Assembly (NCBI GenBank): GCA_963726255.1
Contig: CAVSBL010000004.1
Location: 1-21,557 of the forward strand
Length of the DNA: 21,557 nucleotides
Direction: 5' to 3'
Origin: Candidatus Bathyarchaeota archaeon
Lineage (GTDB): Archaea; Thermoproteota; Bathyarchaeia; 40CM-2-53-6
Every line of letters starts with the position of its first letter. Positions within the stretch are counted from its first letter, which is position 1. Under the pieces are notes generated by a model. That model was not told the origin of the DNA and made no database searches. It worked only from the letters and a program-made list of their open reading frames with translations. The translations under genes and the position numbers were made by a program. Shown one piece after another: positions 6,495-16,103 of this stretch.

Positions 6495-8531
6495 ATGTCT
6501 AGTAAAGCAGTAACAAGAGTGCAAGCAGCAATTCTAATTGTCGTAATAGTCGCCGCAATTGGCGCGGGCGTTTACCTAACCACAAACAGGACAACGCCCG
6601 CAGCACAGCAGGTACAGAATCCTGACACCATAGTTCAAGAAACAATCGGCCAACCGGACTTTGTAGATCCAGCTATCGACTACGAAACGGCTGGAGCGGA
6701 AATCCTACAAAACGTCTACGAAACTCTGGCCTTCTTCCATGGATCAGCCGCAGATCAGGTTCGGCCGTGGCTAGCCCAGAGCATTGATGTAAGCGCTGAC
6801 GGGTTAACATACACATTCCATCTGCGAAGCGGCATAACGTTCACCGACGGAACCCCACTTGACGCTAATGCGGTATACTACAGCCTTATGCGACCCATCA
6901 TCATCGATGATCCAAACAGCCCCGCATGGGCCTTGGAACAGGTCATAAGTGGCGGTGCAAACTATAGCAAGAGCTTCAACAACGCTGGACCAAGCGCGCC
7001 AGACGGTTACGGTGACGCGTACACAAAAGCTGAGCTACAGGACCTACTAAACGCTAAACCGGTTGAAGTAATCGACCCCATGACTGTTGCCGTTCACCTA
7101 GAAAGACCGTACGCTGGATGGCTACTCGTCATGGCGTTCTCAGTTGCATCCATCGTAAGTCCAACAGCATTCAAAGCACATTGGACGGCACCAACTGATC
7201 CGAATGCCCCTTACGTCGATGGCATAACAGCCGGAGACTATTCGGACACGGCAAATCCGTGGGCGGCAACGAACGCTGTGGGAACCGGGGCATACACACT
7301 CCAATCGTGGGATAAAGCGTCCCAGACTTTGGTCTTGGTGCGCAACGAAAAGTATTGGGGTGGACCCGACAACCGAGGCTTAGCGCCTGTCAAGAATGTC
7401 ATCATCAAAGGTATCGACGATGCGAATACGCGCGTCCTCGACTTCAAAGCTGGAACAACGGACGTAGCATACATACCGGCAACTGGAGGCTTGATCTTCC
7501 AGTTCATAGACCAGAGCACCTGGTTCAGCAGTTACAGTTTGAAGACGTTGAGCCCAGACTTCCAAGCATATCCGCAATGCCCACCAACCACGCCATTCCA
7601 AGGGAAATGTCTGTTTCCACAATTCCTAACGGACTTCATCGGGTTGAACCAATTAATCCTCGGCCCTGACAAGAAACCGCTGGGTTTCCAGCCGTTCCAG
7701 GACATCAGAATCCGAAAAGCAGTCACTCTGCTTTTCAACAGAACCTCATACATCCACGACGTCACCCAAGATTTCGGCATCCCAGCGACTCAAATCGTTC
7801 CACCCGGAATGTTTGGTTATGACCCAACCATTCAAGCCACACCCTATGACCCTGACACAGCGAAGCAACTGCTCCTTGACGCAGGAGCGAACCCAGTCAA
7901 TAGCAGTCTCGGATTCAGCCCCAAGAACCCACAAACCATCGAATTCTCATACAACCTAGGGAACACAGCGCGTGAGACAGCGGCCACAATCCTAACGAAT
8001 TCGATAAACAACCTTGCCGGAGACACGGGTCTATACGCTAGAGTTGCTGGATACGCATGGCCACAGTTCCTTGGGCTGCAGAGATCGCATCAAATCTCAG
8101 CGTTCTTCGTCGGCTGGGTTGTCGACTACGTTGACCCTGACGACTTCATTCAGCCCTTCGTCAATACATACTTCAACTTACAGATACATTACGTAGATCC
8201 ACAGGCTCAAGCGCTTGCCAACCAGCAAGCCTCGACAACTGACCCAGTTCAAAGAGCAAAACTGATCAGCCAACTTGAAAACCTCGTCAACAATGATTAC
8301 GCATATATTTGGAGAGCCAACGGAGGAGTTGCTGGCATATCCAGAACATGGCTACACGAACGAGCAGATCCATCTGTAGCGAGTGGCATTGCGACAGCGA
8401 ACCCAGCTATCTACGGGTATTACTTCTCGGAACTGACTAAAGGCGCGACGGCACCCGGCGACATTGCACCGAGCTTCTTCAGCATAATACAGACCGGCGT
8501 AAGCACTCTACTATCCAAGAATCTTTTCTAG
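6495..8531 (+). CDS. oppA: ABC transporter substrate-binding protein, family 5 (Opp/Dpp/Nik type), with class III signal peptide
   Basis: Motifs include DPAIDYET..NVYETL, PWLAQS.DVSADGLTYTFHLRSGITFTDG.PLDA, VGTGAYTL, FQDIRIRKA and GWVVDYVDPDDF. The N-terminus is MSSKA|VTRVQ plus a hydrophobic stretch. Confidence 0.95.
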   Translation: MSSKAVTRVQAAILIVVIVAAIGAGVYLTTNRTTPAAQQVQNPDTIVQETIGQPDFVDPAIDYETAGAEILQNVYETLAFFHGSAADQVRPWLAQSIDVSADGLTYTFHLRSGITFTDGTPLDANAVYYSLMRPIIIDDPNSPAWALEQVISGGANYSKSFNNAGPSAPDGYGDAYTKAELQDLLNAKPVEVIDPMTVAVHLERPYAGWLLVMAFSVASIVSPTAFKAHWTAPTDPNAPYVDGITAGDYSDTANPWAATNAVGTGAYTLQSWDKASQTLVLVRNEKYWGGPDNRGLAPVKNVIIKGIDDANTRVLDFKAGTTDVAYIPATGGLIFQFIDQSTWFSSYSLKTLSPDFQAYPQCPPTTPFQGKCLFPQFLTDFIGLNQLILGPDKKPLGFQPFQDIRIRKAVTLLFNRTSYIHDVTQDFGIPATQIVPPGMFGYDPTIQATPYDPDTAKQLLLDAGANPVNSSLGFSPKNPQTIEFSYNLGNTARETAATILTNSINNLAGDTGLYARVAGYAWPQFLGLQRSHQISAFFVGWVVDYVDPDDFIQPFVNTYFNLQIHYVDPQAQALANQQASTTDPVQRAKLISQLENLVNNDYAYIWRANGGVAGISRTWLHERADPSVASGIATANPAIYGYYFSELTKGATAPGDIAPSFFSIIQTGVSTLLSKNLF

Positions 8532-8560
8532 GGGCTAAAATGCCCCCTCCCTTTTTTTTT
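8531..8560 (+). terminator. Hairpin + T9 internal terminator/attenuator after the binding-protein gene
   Basis: GGGGC-TAAAAT-GCCCC followed by CTCCC and nine Ts (8552-8560). Confidence 0.75.
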
Positions 8561-8591
8561 ATCTCCGTCGACAATTGATGGGTAGGCCGCT

Positions 8592-9623
8592 ATGAAACTA
8601 TATGAGTACGTAATCCGTCGTATGTTCCTGCTCGTGTTTGTCCTAATAGGCGTCACGATCATAACGTTCTTCTTATCTCAAGTCCTTCTTGACCCACTGG
8701 CAGCCTACGTAACGGATAGAACACTGCCAAGCGCTATTCCGTCCATAATAGCTCACTACCATTTGAATGACCCTTGGCCAATTCGTTACGGCATCTACAT
8801 CTCGAACATTATTCAGGGCGATTGGGGTTATTCCAAATCGCTCACGGAACCTGTTCTGACTGGATTGGCACAAAGATTTCCCGCCACCATCGAACTTGCC
8901 ATCGTGGCCATACTCTGGACTCTGATCGCGGGCATACCAGCGGGAATCATTTCGGCCTTGAAAAACAACAAAGTACCCGACCATGTTTCTAGACTAATCG
9001 CGCTCACTGGAGTGTCAACTCCAGTCTTCTGGCTAGGGTTGATCACTCAGCTCGTATTCTTCTACTATTTCGGTTTGTTAGGTCTCCCTCACCTACCATC
9101 AAATGGTAGGATTGATTCCACATTGGTGCTCGAATACCCGATAGCCCAGGTCACGGGACTAATGACCGTAGACACGCTCATCACCGGCAATTGGGTGATG
9201 TTCGCGGATGTGCTTGCACATCTAGTCTTGCCGTCCTTCTGCCTCGGCTTCATTTCGTTAGGCGTCATAATGCGTATCATGCGGTCGAGCATGCTTGAGG
9301 TGCTTCGCCAAGACTACATAATTCTAGCAAGGTCGAAAGGCCTCTCCGAGAGAGTGGTCATCTACAGACATGCATTGAAGAATGCGATGATACCGACCGT
9401 CACAGTTGCGGGCCTCGCGATTGCAGGCCTTCTTGGAGGCGCCCCTCTGACGGAAACCGTGTTTGGGTGGCCTGGCATGGGCAGATTGGCTGTGAGCGCG
9501 ATTAGTAGAAACGATGCCCCGTTAATAATGGGGTTTACACTTATAGCCGCCCTTATACTAGTTCTAGCGAATCTGTGCGTCGATATCCTTTATGCATACC
9601 TCGACCCGCGTATAAAGTACTAG
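8592..9623 (+). CDS. oppB: Peptide/nickel ABC transporter permease 1
   Basis: YVIRR start, GDWGYS, RFPATIELA, EAA-loop region RSSMLEVLRQDYIILARSKGL, HALKNA and C-terminal LDPRI. Confidence 0.96.
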   Translation: MKLYEYVIRRMFLLVFVLIGVTIITFFLSQVLLDPLAAYVTDRTLPSAIPSIIAHYHLNDPWPIRYGIYISNIIQGDWGYSKSLTEPVLTGLAQRFPATIELAIVAILWTLIAGIPAGIISALKNNKVPDHVSRLIALTGVSTPVFWLGLITQLVFFYYFGLLGLPHLPSNGRIDSTLVLEYPIAQVTGLMTVDTLITGNWVMFADVLAHLVLPSFCLGFISLGVIMRIMRSSMLEVLRQDYIILARSKGLSERVVIYRHALKNAMIPTVTVAGLAIAGLLGGAPLTETVFGWPGMGRLAVSAISRNDAPLIMGFTLIAALILVLANLCVDILYAYLDPRIKY

Positions 9624-9634
9624 GAGAGAATTGA

Positions 9635-10504
9635 TTGAAGAGATCAGACTGGTCTCCTGCGCTGAACGAACTGAAATTTGCTGGGCACCTGTTAATCCAG
9701 AACAAAGTCGTGCTGGGAGGAACTGTAATCGCCGTTGGAGTCTTGTTGGTCGCCATCTTCGGTCCCATCGTTGTTTCACCAACCCTCGCGACTACTATAG
9801 AGTTGCCCGCTCGCTTACAAGCTCCTAGCGCTGCTCACTGGCTAGGGACGGATGACTACGGCCGCGACCTATTCCAAATGATAGTACTATCGACGCGCCT
9901 TGACGTTTCCGCTATGATTGAGATAGTAGGCGCTGGATTAGCGATAGGAGTTACATTGGGAGCATTTTCGGGTTTCATCGGCGGGAAGCTGGATGAAGCC
10001 TTGATGAGAGTGACAGACATCTTCTTCTCTATACCGGGCTTGGTTCTCGCGTTGGCTGTAGCCGCCGCCCTCGGTCGAGGCCTCAATAATCTGATAATAG
10101 CCATAATTGTTGTCCAATGGCCTGGTTACACACGCATTCTTCGAGGCCAGGTTCTCGCCGAAAAGGAACGCTTGTACGTAGATGCATTAAGAGCGCTTGG
10201 AATCGGGAGAACTAGAATAATCGTCAGACACATAATACCCAACACGATCTATCCTGTACTCGTGCAGTGCACCCTAGATTTAGGCGGCGTCATCCTCACA
10301 TTCGCCGGCCTCAGCTTCCTCGGTTTCGGAGCAAGTGCCTTGACGCCAGAACTCGGAAGGCTGATCACCGCAGGCCAGACCTACATATTTCAAGCACCCT
10401 GGTTGACGGCATTCCCGGGACTGACAATCCTTATCATATCGCTCGCATTCAATTTAATGGGTGACGGTATACGCGACGTTCTTGATCCACGACTAAGGCG
10501 GTAA
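9635..10504 (+). CDS. oppC: Peptide/nickel ABC transporter permease 2
   Basis: PSAAHWLGTDDYGRD, LMRVTDIF, RHIIPN, LSFLGFG and FNLMGDGIRDVLDPR. Confidence 0.96.
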   Translation: MKRSDWSPALNELKFAGHLLIQNKVVLGGTVIAVGVLLVAIFGPIVVSPTLATTIELPARLQAPSAAHWLGTDDYGRDLFQMIVLSTRLDVSAMIEIVGAGLAIGVTLGAFSGFIGGKLDEALMRVTDIFFSIPGLVLALAVAAALGRGLNNLIIAIIVVQWPGYTRILRGQVLAEKERLYVDALRALGIGRTRIIVRHIIPNTIYPVLVQCTLDLGGVILTFAGLSFLGFGASALTPELGRLITAGQTYIFQAPWLTAFPGLTILIISLAFNLMGDGIRDVLDPRLRR

Positions 10505-10508
10505 ACCC

Positions 10509-11573
10509 TTGCACGCTGAAAGCGCCGACGATGCATTACTCCAAGTCAATAAGGTTAAACTTAATTTCCACACGTACGCGGGCGAGGTCAAGGCGCTCGA
10601 CGGCATATCATTCTTGGTCAAGAAAGGAGAGGCACTAGGGCTTGTCGGCGAATCGGGATGCGGCAAATCAGTAACAGCGCTGACAATTGTTGGCCTTTTG
10701 CCTGAGAACGCAAGCGTCACCGAAGGTGAAATAATACTTGGAGACAAGAATCTCCTCAAGATTTCAAACGAAGAAATGCGCAAAGTCCGTGCAAATCAGG
10801 TCGCAATGGTTTTCCAAGACCCGACGACGTTTCTAAACCCAGTTCTCACTATTGGGGAACAGGTCGAAGAAGTGTACCTTCTCAACCCCGAACGTCTTGC
10901 TCAGTTTGCGAATGCAAACGGGAACCAGAAACAAGACGGGCAAGCAACGAAGATTTCAAAGTCACAACAGAAGAAGATTGCGCGCGATCTGAGCATTGAC
11001 GTTTTGAAACAGGTAAGATTGCCTGATGCAGAACGCATTCTGAAACAGTATCCGCACGAATTGTCGGGCGGAATGCGTCAACGATGCATGATTGCCATGG
11101 CTTTAGCCAGAAACCCAGACCTATTCATCGCGGACGAAATAACGACGGCCTTGGATGTTACCATTCAGGCACAGATACTTGAGCTGCTGAGAGAGCTGAA
11201 GCGAGAATTCAGTGGATCTACGTTGCTGATTACCCATGATTTGGGAGTCGTTGCTGAACTATGCGATAGAGTCGCAGTAATGTATGCAGGCAACATCGTC
11301 GAACTTTCTGGTGTTAAGGAACTCTTTGCAAACCCGCTTCACCCATACACTCAGGGACTGATGCGTGCCATACCAATGCTCGACAGAAAGATGGCCAGAC
11401 TTGAGACGATTCCTGGCTCGGTTCCCGACCTCATCAGCCCGCCGACCGGTTGCAGATTTCATCCACGCTGCCCATTCGCATTCGAAAAATGCAAGCTTGT
11501 GAAACCTGAACTGCTGCAAGTTGAAAAAGGCCACACCGTCGCCTGCCATCTCTATGGGGAGGGACAATCTTGA
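10509..11573 (+). CDS. oppD: Peptide/nickel ABC transporter ATP-binding subunit
   Basis: Walker A GESGCGKS, Q-loop MVFQDP, signature LSGGMRQR, Walker B FIADE, H-loop ITHD and a C-terminal HPYT...CRFHPRC..C..CH domain. Confidence 0.96.
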   Translation: MHAESADDALLQVNKVKLNFHTYAGEVKALDGISFLVKKGEALGLVGESGCGKSVTALTIVGLLPENASVTEGEIILGDKNLLKISNEEMRKVRANQVAMVFQDPTTFLNPVLTIGEQVEEVYLLNPERLAQFANANGNQKQDGQATKISKSQQKKIARDLSIDVLKQVRLPDAERILKQYPHELSGGMRQRCMIAMALARNPDLFIADEITTALDVTIQAQILELLRELKREFSGSTLLITHDLGVVAELCDRVAVMYAGNIVELSGVKELFANPLHPYTQGLMRAIPMLDRKMARLETIPGSVPDLISPPTGCRFHPRCPFAFEKCKLVKPELLQVEKGHTVACHLYGEGQS

Positions 11574-12586
11574 CAAGAACAGTCCTTGAAGTCAAAGGCC
11601 TCAAGAAATGGTTCCCGATAACATCAGGTCTCTTCGGGCGAGTCAAGGGATACGTGAAGGCCGTGGATGGAGTCGACTTCGATATAGGTGAAGGCGAAAC
11701 CTATGGCCTAGTAGGGGAATCAGGCTCCGGAAAAACCACAGTAGGCCGCTGCATACTGGGGCTGATCAAGCCGACAAGTGGCGCCATAATCTATCGTGGC
11801 CAGGACACCACGAAACTGAAAGGCCAGGCATTTGTAGAAGTTCGGCGAAAGTTCGGGATAGTCTTTCAAGACCCGTACGCTTCGCTCGACCCCAGACAAA
11901 CGATCAAGAGCGCACTTATCGAGCCCATGAAATATCACAAGATCACTCATAGCGAAGATGAAGCTGTCAAGAAAGCCCAAGAGCTCATTAGACGGGTGGG
12001 ATTGAATGAAGATCACCTATACCGCTTTCCGCATGAGTTTAGCGGTGGACAGCGGCAGCGAATAGCTGTCGCGCGAGCATTGACCACCGACCCCGATATC
12101 ATAATATTAGATGAGCCAACGTCATTCCTCGACGTTTCCGTCCAGGCACAGATCCTGAACCTTCTTTCCGATTTACAGAAGGAACTGGGCTTAACATACT
12201 TGTTCATTTCGCACAATCTCAGCGTAATTGAACATATGAGCAACCGTGTCGGCGTCATGTACCTTGGAGCCCTAATGGAATCAGCCCCCAAGGACGTAAT
12301 TTACCAGAGACCGGAACACCCCTATACCCACGCCCTTATCTCCGCACTTCCTATCCCGAACCCAGCGTTAGCCCGGAATCGAGTTGTGCTCACAGGCGAC
12401 ATCCCAAGCTCAGTAAACATACCATCAGGATGCAGATTTCGAACACGTTGCCCGTACGCTACAGACTTCTGTGTTCAGCAGGAACCTCCGCTGCAAGCAC
12501 GTCAACCCGGGCACCTTGTAAGCTGTCACTATGATTTGAAGCTCTCCGCACCAATACCCTTGATTGAGCCGCAACGAAGAGCATGA
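11570..12586 (+). CDS. oppF: Peptide/nickel ABC transporter ATP-binding subunit
   Basis: GESGSGKT, VFQDPYASLDPR, FSGGQRQR, IILDEPT, ISHN and a C-terminal HPYT...CRFRTRC..C..CH domain. It overlaps oppD by 4 nt. Confidence 0.96.
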   Translation: MTRTVLEVKGLKKWFPITSGLFGRVKGYVKAVDGVDFDIGEGETYGLVGESGSGKTTVGRCILGLIKPTSGAIIYRGQDTTKLKGQAFVEVRRKFGIVFQDPYASLDPRQTIKSALIEPMKYHKITHSEDEAVKKAQELIRRVGLNEDHLYRFPHEFSGGQRQRIAVARALTTDPDIIILDEPTSFLDVSVQAQILNLLSDLQKELGLTYLFISHNLSVIEHMSNRVGVMYLGALMESAPKDVIYQRPEHPYTHALISALPIPNPALARNRVVLTGDIPSSVNIPSGCRFRTRCPYATDFCVQQEPPLQARQPGHLVSCHYDLKLSAPIPLIEPQRRA

Positions 12587-13461
12587 CCGGAAATGGCAAC
12601 ATGCGACTCACAGAGAAAAGCGCACTTGTGAGCCTTTGCTCACTTCTAGTCTGTCTTTCCATAAGCGCTCAGCTTAGACTCTTTGAAGGAAACTATTCAG
12701 CATCCTCGCCTATGGAATCCCAAATTGGCTTCTACCTTCCATTCGCCGCATTCGCTCTTCTCAGCGCTTATCATTACTTTGAGTGGGCAAGAAAGCATAG
12801 ATTTCAAGCAGTACTTCTAATGACTTGTCTAGTATCCTTCGCAGTACTCGTTGGCCTAGCAACTTCGGTTGGCAATCCAGCCAATTCGGCTACTGGCGGA
12901 AATGCACATTCATCCTCTGGCGTGAACTTTGGACAGTTTCCGCCGCTTACAGGCCAAACTGGCGTCCAGCCACCTGGAGGAGCTTCCGCCCTGCAGCAGA
13001 ATCTTGAGAAACTCGGCGAAACCATCAACGGTGCCCCCTATTTCTCAACCATGCTTGGCGCCATTGAAATTGGGATGTCCGCAATCGCTCTCGCTATCAT
13101 TTTCTTTAGAACCCATCATGGGCGATTGGGCACGCTTCGCACCGACAACACGAAAGTTAAAGAAGCGCATACTCCGGATCTCCCAAGGTCGCCTTCAACA
13201 TCTCGAGATATCGTCGTGGAAGAGTATCTCAACGCGCTTGGCTTCTTCAAAGCAAATGGTCTGAATATACCTGATTCTGACACGCCCGAGGACGCAATAC
13301 GACGCGTGAAGCAAGCTTGGCCTGAGCGATCGGAACTTCTCAAATCCCTTACATCGCTTTACGAAGAGGCAAAGTTCAGCCTTCACCAGATTAGCGAATC
13401 GTGTGTGGACTCTGCGTTCCAATTGCGCGTTTCCATAACAGCAGAAGTGTCAAAACGATAA
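12583..13461 (+). CDS. Membrane protein with C-terminal DUF4129-like domain
   Basis: About 4 TM segments with a Gly/Ser/Gln-rich loop, then IVVEEY...SDTPED...LTSLYEEAKFS.H (DUF4129 pattern T.rE...LT.lye.arys). ATGA overlap with the oppF stop; alternative ATG at 12601. Confidence 0.82.
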   Translation: MTGNGNMRLTEKSALVSLCSLLVCLSISAQLRLFEGNYSASSPMESQIGFYLPFAAFALLSAYHYFEWARKHRFQAVLLMTCLVSFAVLVGLATSVGNPANSATGGNAHSSSGVNFGQFPPLTGQTGVQPPGGASALQQNLEKLGETINGAPYFSTMLGAIEIGMSAIALAIIFFRTHHGRLGTLRTDNTKVKEAHTPDLPRSPSTSRDIVVEEYLNALGFFKANGLNIPDSDTPEDAIRRVKQAWPERSELLKSLTSLYEEAKFSLHQISESCVDSAFQLRVSITAEVSKR

Positions 13462-13913
13462 TGAACAATTTCGCGGCGATAGCACCCTTCCTGTGGTGGA
13501 CCATGCTTCTGTCTAGTACTGCGATAATTCTACATGACTTAGCGACCATTGCTTTCGCCGGAAAACCCACCCAGATTCCCAAACCGCATAGAGCACAGGG
13601 ACCAAATACAGATGGAACCCCCACCACGAACGACTTGATTAGGCGAAGCATTGAGATATCATCTACGGGCTTTCAGAAAGAAGCCGCTGAAGCAATATTG
13701 GCAGCCGCGCTGTCAGTGAAAAGCTTACCACTGAGGAAAATTCCAGAGGAGAAACTTGACATGGTCGGTGAACTGCTGAACGACCCTGAACTCAGAGAAT
13801 TCGTCCAAGTAAACTCGAAACGAACCACTAAGAAAATTGATAGAAAGAACCTCAAAATGGAACTGGAGCGCACGTACATGATGCTTGAAAAAGCCGAGAG
13901 ATTGTTCAAATGA
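13461..13913 (+). CDS. Hypothetical protein with N-terminal membrane anchor (MoxR-cluster associated)
   Basis: TAATG overlap with the upstream stop and ATGA overlap with moxR. One hydrophobic N-terminal helix is followed by a charged helical domain. The track start 13401 is probably too long. Confidence 0.75.
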   Translation: MNNFAAIAPFLWWTMLLSSTAIILHDLATIAFAGKPTQIPKPHRAQGPNTDGTPTTNDLIRRSIEISSTGFQKEAAEAILAAALSVKSLPLRKIPEEKLDMVGELLNDPELREFVQVNSKRTTKKIDRKNLKMELERTYMMLEKAERLFK

Positions 13914-14857
13914 AGACTGCTGAGTTGGTGGACCTCTGTAACAGTCTGCTGGACGAAATATCGACGGTCATAGTGGGGAAACGTCATACCCTGGAGATGG
14001 TACTAACTGCAATTCTTGCCAATGGCCACATCCTTTTTGAAGACTTTCCTGGAACAGCGAAAACATTAATGGCGAAGTTGTTCGCCCAGGGCTTGGGATG
14101 CACGTTTCGACGCGTGCAATTCACACCAGATCTCCTGCCCTCTGACATTACAGGGACATATGTTCTTGACCGGCAGGAAAGCAAGTTTGTGTTAAGGAAA
14201 GGACCTATCTTCACCAATATCCTACTTGCCGATGAGATAAACAGGGCACCGCCGAAAACTCAGTCAGCACTTCTGGAAGGCATGCAGGAAAGGCAAGTCA
14301 CGATCGAAGGCGACACATACCCACTCATTTGGCCATTCATAGTTGTCGCTACACAGAATCCGATCGAGTATGAGGGAACATATCCCCTCCCCGAGGCTCA
14401 GATCGACCGCTTTATCATGCGCCTTTCCGTTGGATATCCAAACATGGACGAGGAAGTAGAGATTCTTACACGCCGCGTCACGGCCAAGCGAGACGATTAT
14501 CAGGTCCGTAGTATCCTGACCCCCGAACTTTTCGTGCAAGCACAGAGTGTGGTCGAGGAAGTACACTTAGATGATTCACTCAAGAGCTACGCCGTTGAGA
14601 TTGTCCAGAAAACCAGAAACCATCCACTGATCGGCCTCGGTGCCAGTCCCAGAGGCTCGCTCGCCCTTATGCAGCTCTCGAGAGCTAAAGCAGCACTGGC
14701 CGGTAGAGACTTTGTCACTCCAGACGACATCAAGACCGTAGCCGTACCAGCCCTCTCCCATCGATTGCTACTAAAGGGCGGAACATGGTTGGCAGGCACG
14801 AAGGCTGAGGACATCGTGAAAGGCATCCTCGATGAAACAAAGAGCCCTCGAGAATAG
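13910..14857 (+). CDS. moxR: MoxR-family AAA+ ATPase (MoxR-proper type)
   Basis: GHILFEDFPGTAKT, RVQFTPDLLPSDITG, LLADEINRAPPKTQSALLEGMQE, ATQNPIEYEGTYPLPEAQIDRF and GASPRG. Confidence 0.97.
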   Translation: MKTAELVDLCNSLLDEISTVIVGKRHTLEMVLTAILANGHILFEDFPGTAKTLMAKLFAQGLGCTFRRVQFTPDLLPSDITGTYVLDRQESKFVLRKGPIFTNILLADEINRAPPKTQSALLEGMQERQVTIEGDTYPLIWPFIVVATQNPIEYEGTYPLPEAQIDRFIMRLSVGYPNMDEEVEILTRRVTAKRDDYQVRSILTPELFVQAQSVVEEVHLDDSLKSYAVEIVQKTRNHPLIGLGASPRGSLALMQLSRAKAALAGRDFVTPDDIKTVAVPALSHRLLLKGGTWLAGTKAEDIVKGILDETKSPRE

Positions 14858-16103
14858 AATTTGGACAGCGCCCGCGGTGGCCACTGTCATAACGGGTTTC
14901 GCCATTTACTGGCTCGGCCTCGCTTTGCGCAGCAGTCATTTTATTGTTGCGTCCGCCATTTTGCTAACCTTCATTGCTGTTGCCGTCGCTTTCTCGGCGA
15001 TGCCGAGCGATGATGTGTCAGTCGATCGACAAGTATTACCTGACCGAACAACCGAGGACAATATTGTCACAATCAAGACGTCCATCATGAATCGCACCCG
15101 AAATCGTTACTTGATTTGCCTAAGTGAAATTCTACCGAAACATATTGACGTCGTAGAAGGTTCCCAAACCTACCTGATTCCACTGGAACCAGGATCTCGC
15201 TGCGAAAGTCGAATTGCTTTAAAGCCGACGTTTCGTGGGCATTATCTTCTCCCCCCAGCCTATGCGGAATTGACTGATGACTTTGGACTGAGATCTAAGA
15301 AAACGAATCTTGGTAAGCAGGCGTACTTGTCAGTTTTGCCCCCCGTCGAGGATCTCTCGAGTTTCCCCCTAGAGACGAGAAGCTCTCAACCTGAAATTGG
15401 GGCCTTTCGCTCAGGAAGCGTAGGAGTTGGAACTGAATTCTTTGGTATTAGAGACTACCTGCCCGGGGATGAATGGCGACAAATTAACTGGAAAGCCTCC
15501 GCCCGCCACCCTTCCTTGTTATCCAACGAGTACGAACGCGAACACGTTACGAACATCTATCTGCTTGTTGATCTCACCGGTGAGAACTTAGTTTATTCGA
15601 AGTGGGCCACAAGAGTGGCATCATCGCTCGCAACTTATTTGCTTAAGACCCGAAACCGGCTGGGGTTAATCGTCATAGGTGAAAGCATCTCGCATGTCAA
15701 AATGGAGAGTGGCCGTCGGCAGTTGCTTCGAGTCATAGACAAGCTAATGACGGCTGAACCGGGGGGAACAGGGGAGCTGTCAGTATATCTCCAGCACATA
15801 ATTGACCAGTTGCCTGCTTGCGAGTTCGTCACAATTTCCACCCTAACCAACGAGAACGTTACCAAAACGATAACGACCCTATATCGAAAACGCGAACGAT
15901 TGAGTGTCATTACACTTAGCGAACCACAAGGGCTTCAGTCGAAAGACCTCGTTTTGGAAACAGCCCGTCTAATTCGAACTCTGAAACAGCGCGCCATTGT
16001 GATGCGCATTCGCAACAGCGGAATTAACGTAATCGAGATGCCAGCGGGTCGCCCGTTAATTGCCGCAATGCCCAGCCTTAGGGAGCGTCCCTTCAGACAT
16101 TGA
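14832..16103 (+). CDS. DUF58-domain (vWA-like) protein with N-terminal TM helices
   Basis: Two N-terminal TMs, an Ig-like segment ending in RGHY...DDFGL, and the DUF58 signature GTEFFGIRDYLPGDEWRQINWKASAR...NEYERE. It is adjacent to moxR. Confidence 0.93.
   Translation: MKQRALENRIWTAPAVATVITGFAIYWLGLALRSSHFIVASAILLTFIAVAVAFSAMPSDDVSVDRQVLPDRTTEDNIVTIKTSIMNRTRNRYLICLSEILPKHIDVVEGSQTYLIPLEPGSRCESRIALKPTFRGHYLLPPAYAELTDDFGLRSKKTNLGKQAYLSVLPPVEDLSSFPLETRSSQPEIGAFRSGSVGVGTEFFGIRDYLPGDEWRQINWKASARHPSLLSNEYEREHVTNIYLLVDLTGENLVYSKWATRVASSLATYLLKTRNRLGLIVIGESISHVKMESGRRQLLRVIDKLMTAEPGGTGELSVYLQHIIDQLPACEFVTISTLTNENVTKTITTLYRKRERLSVITLSEPQGLQSKDLVLETARLIRTLKQRAIVMRIRNSGINVIEMPAGRPLIAAMPSLRERPFRH

Noticed and set aside
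6495-12586. Calling the ABC system a nickel importer (Nik) serving LarA
   Set aside because: The LarA homologue appears to lack its nickel-cofactor residues, and no Ni-specific features or larBCE genes are visible. The substrate is left open.
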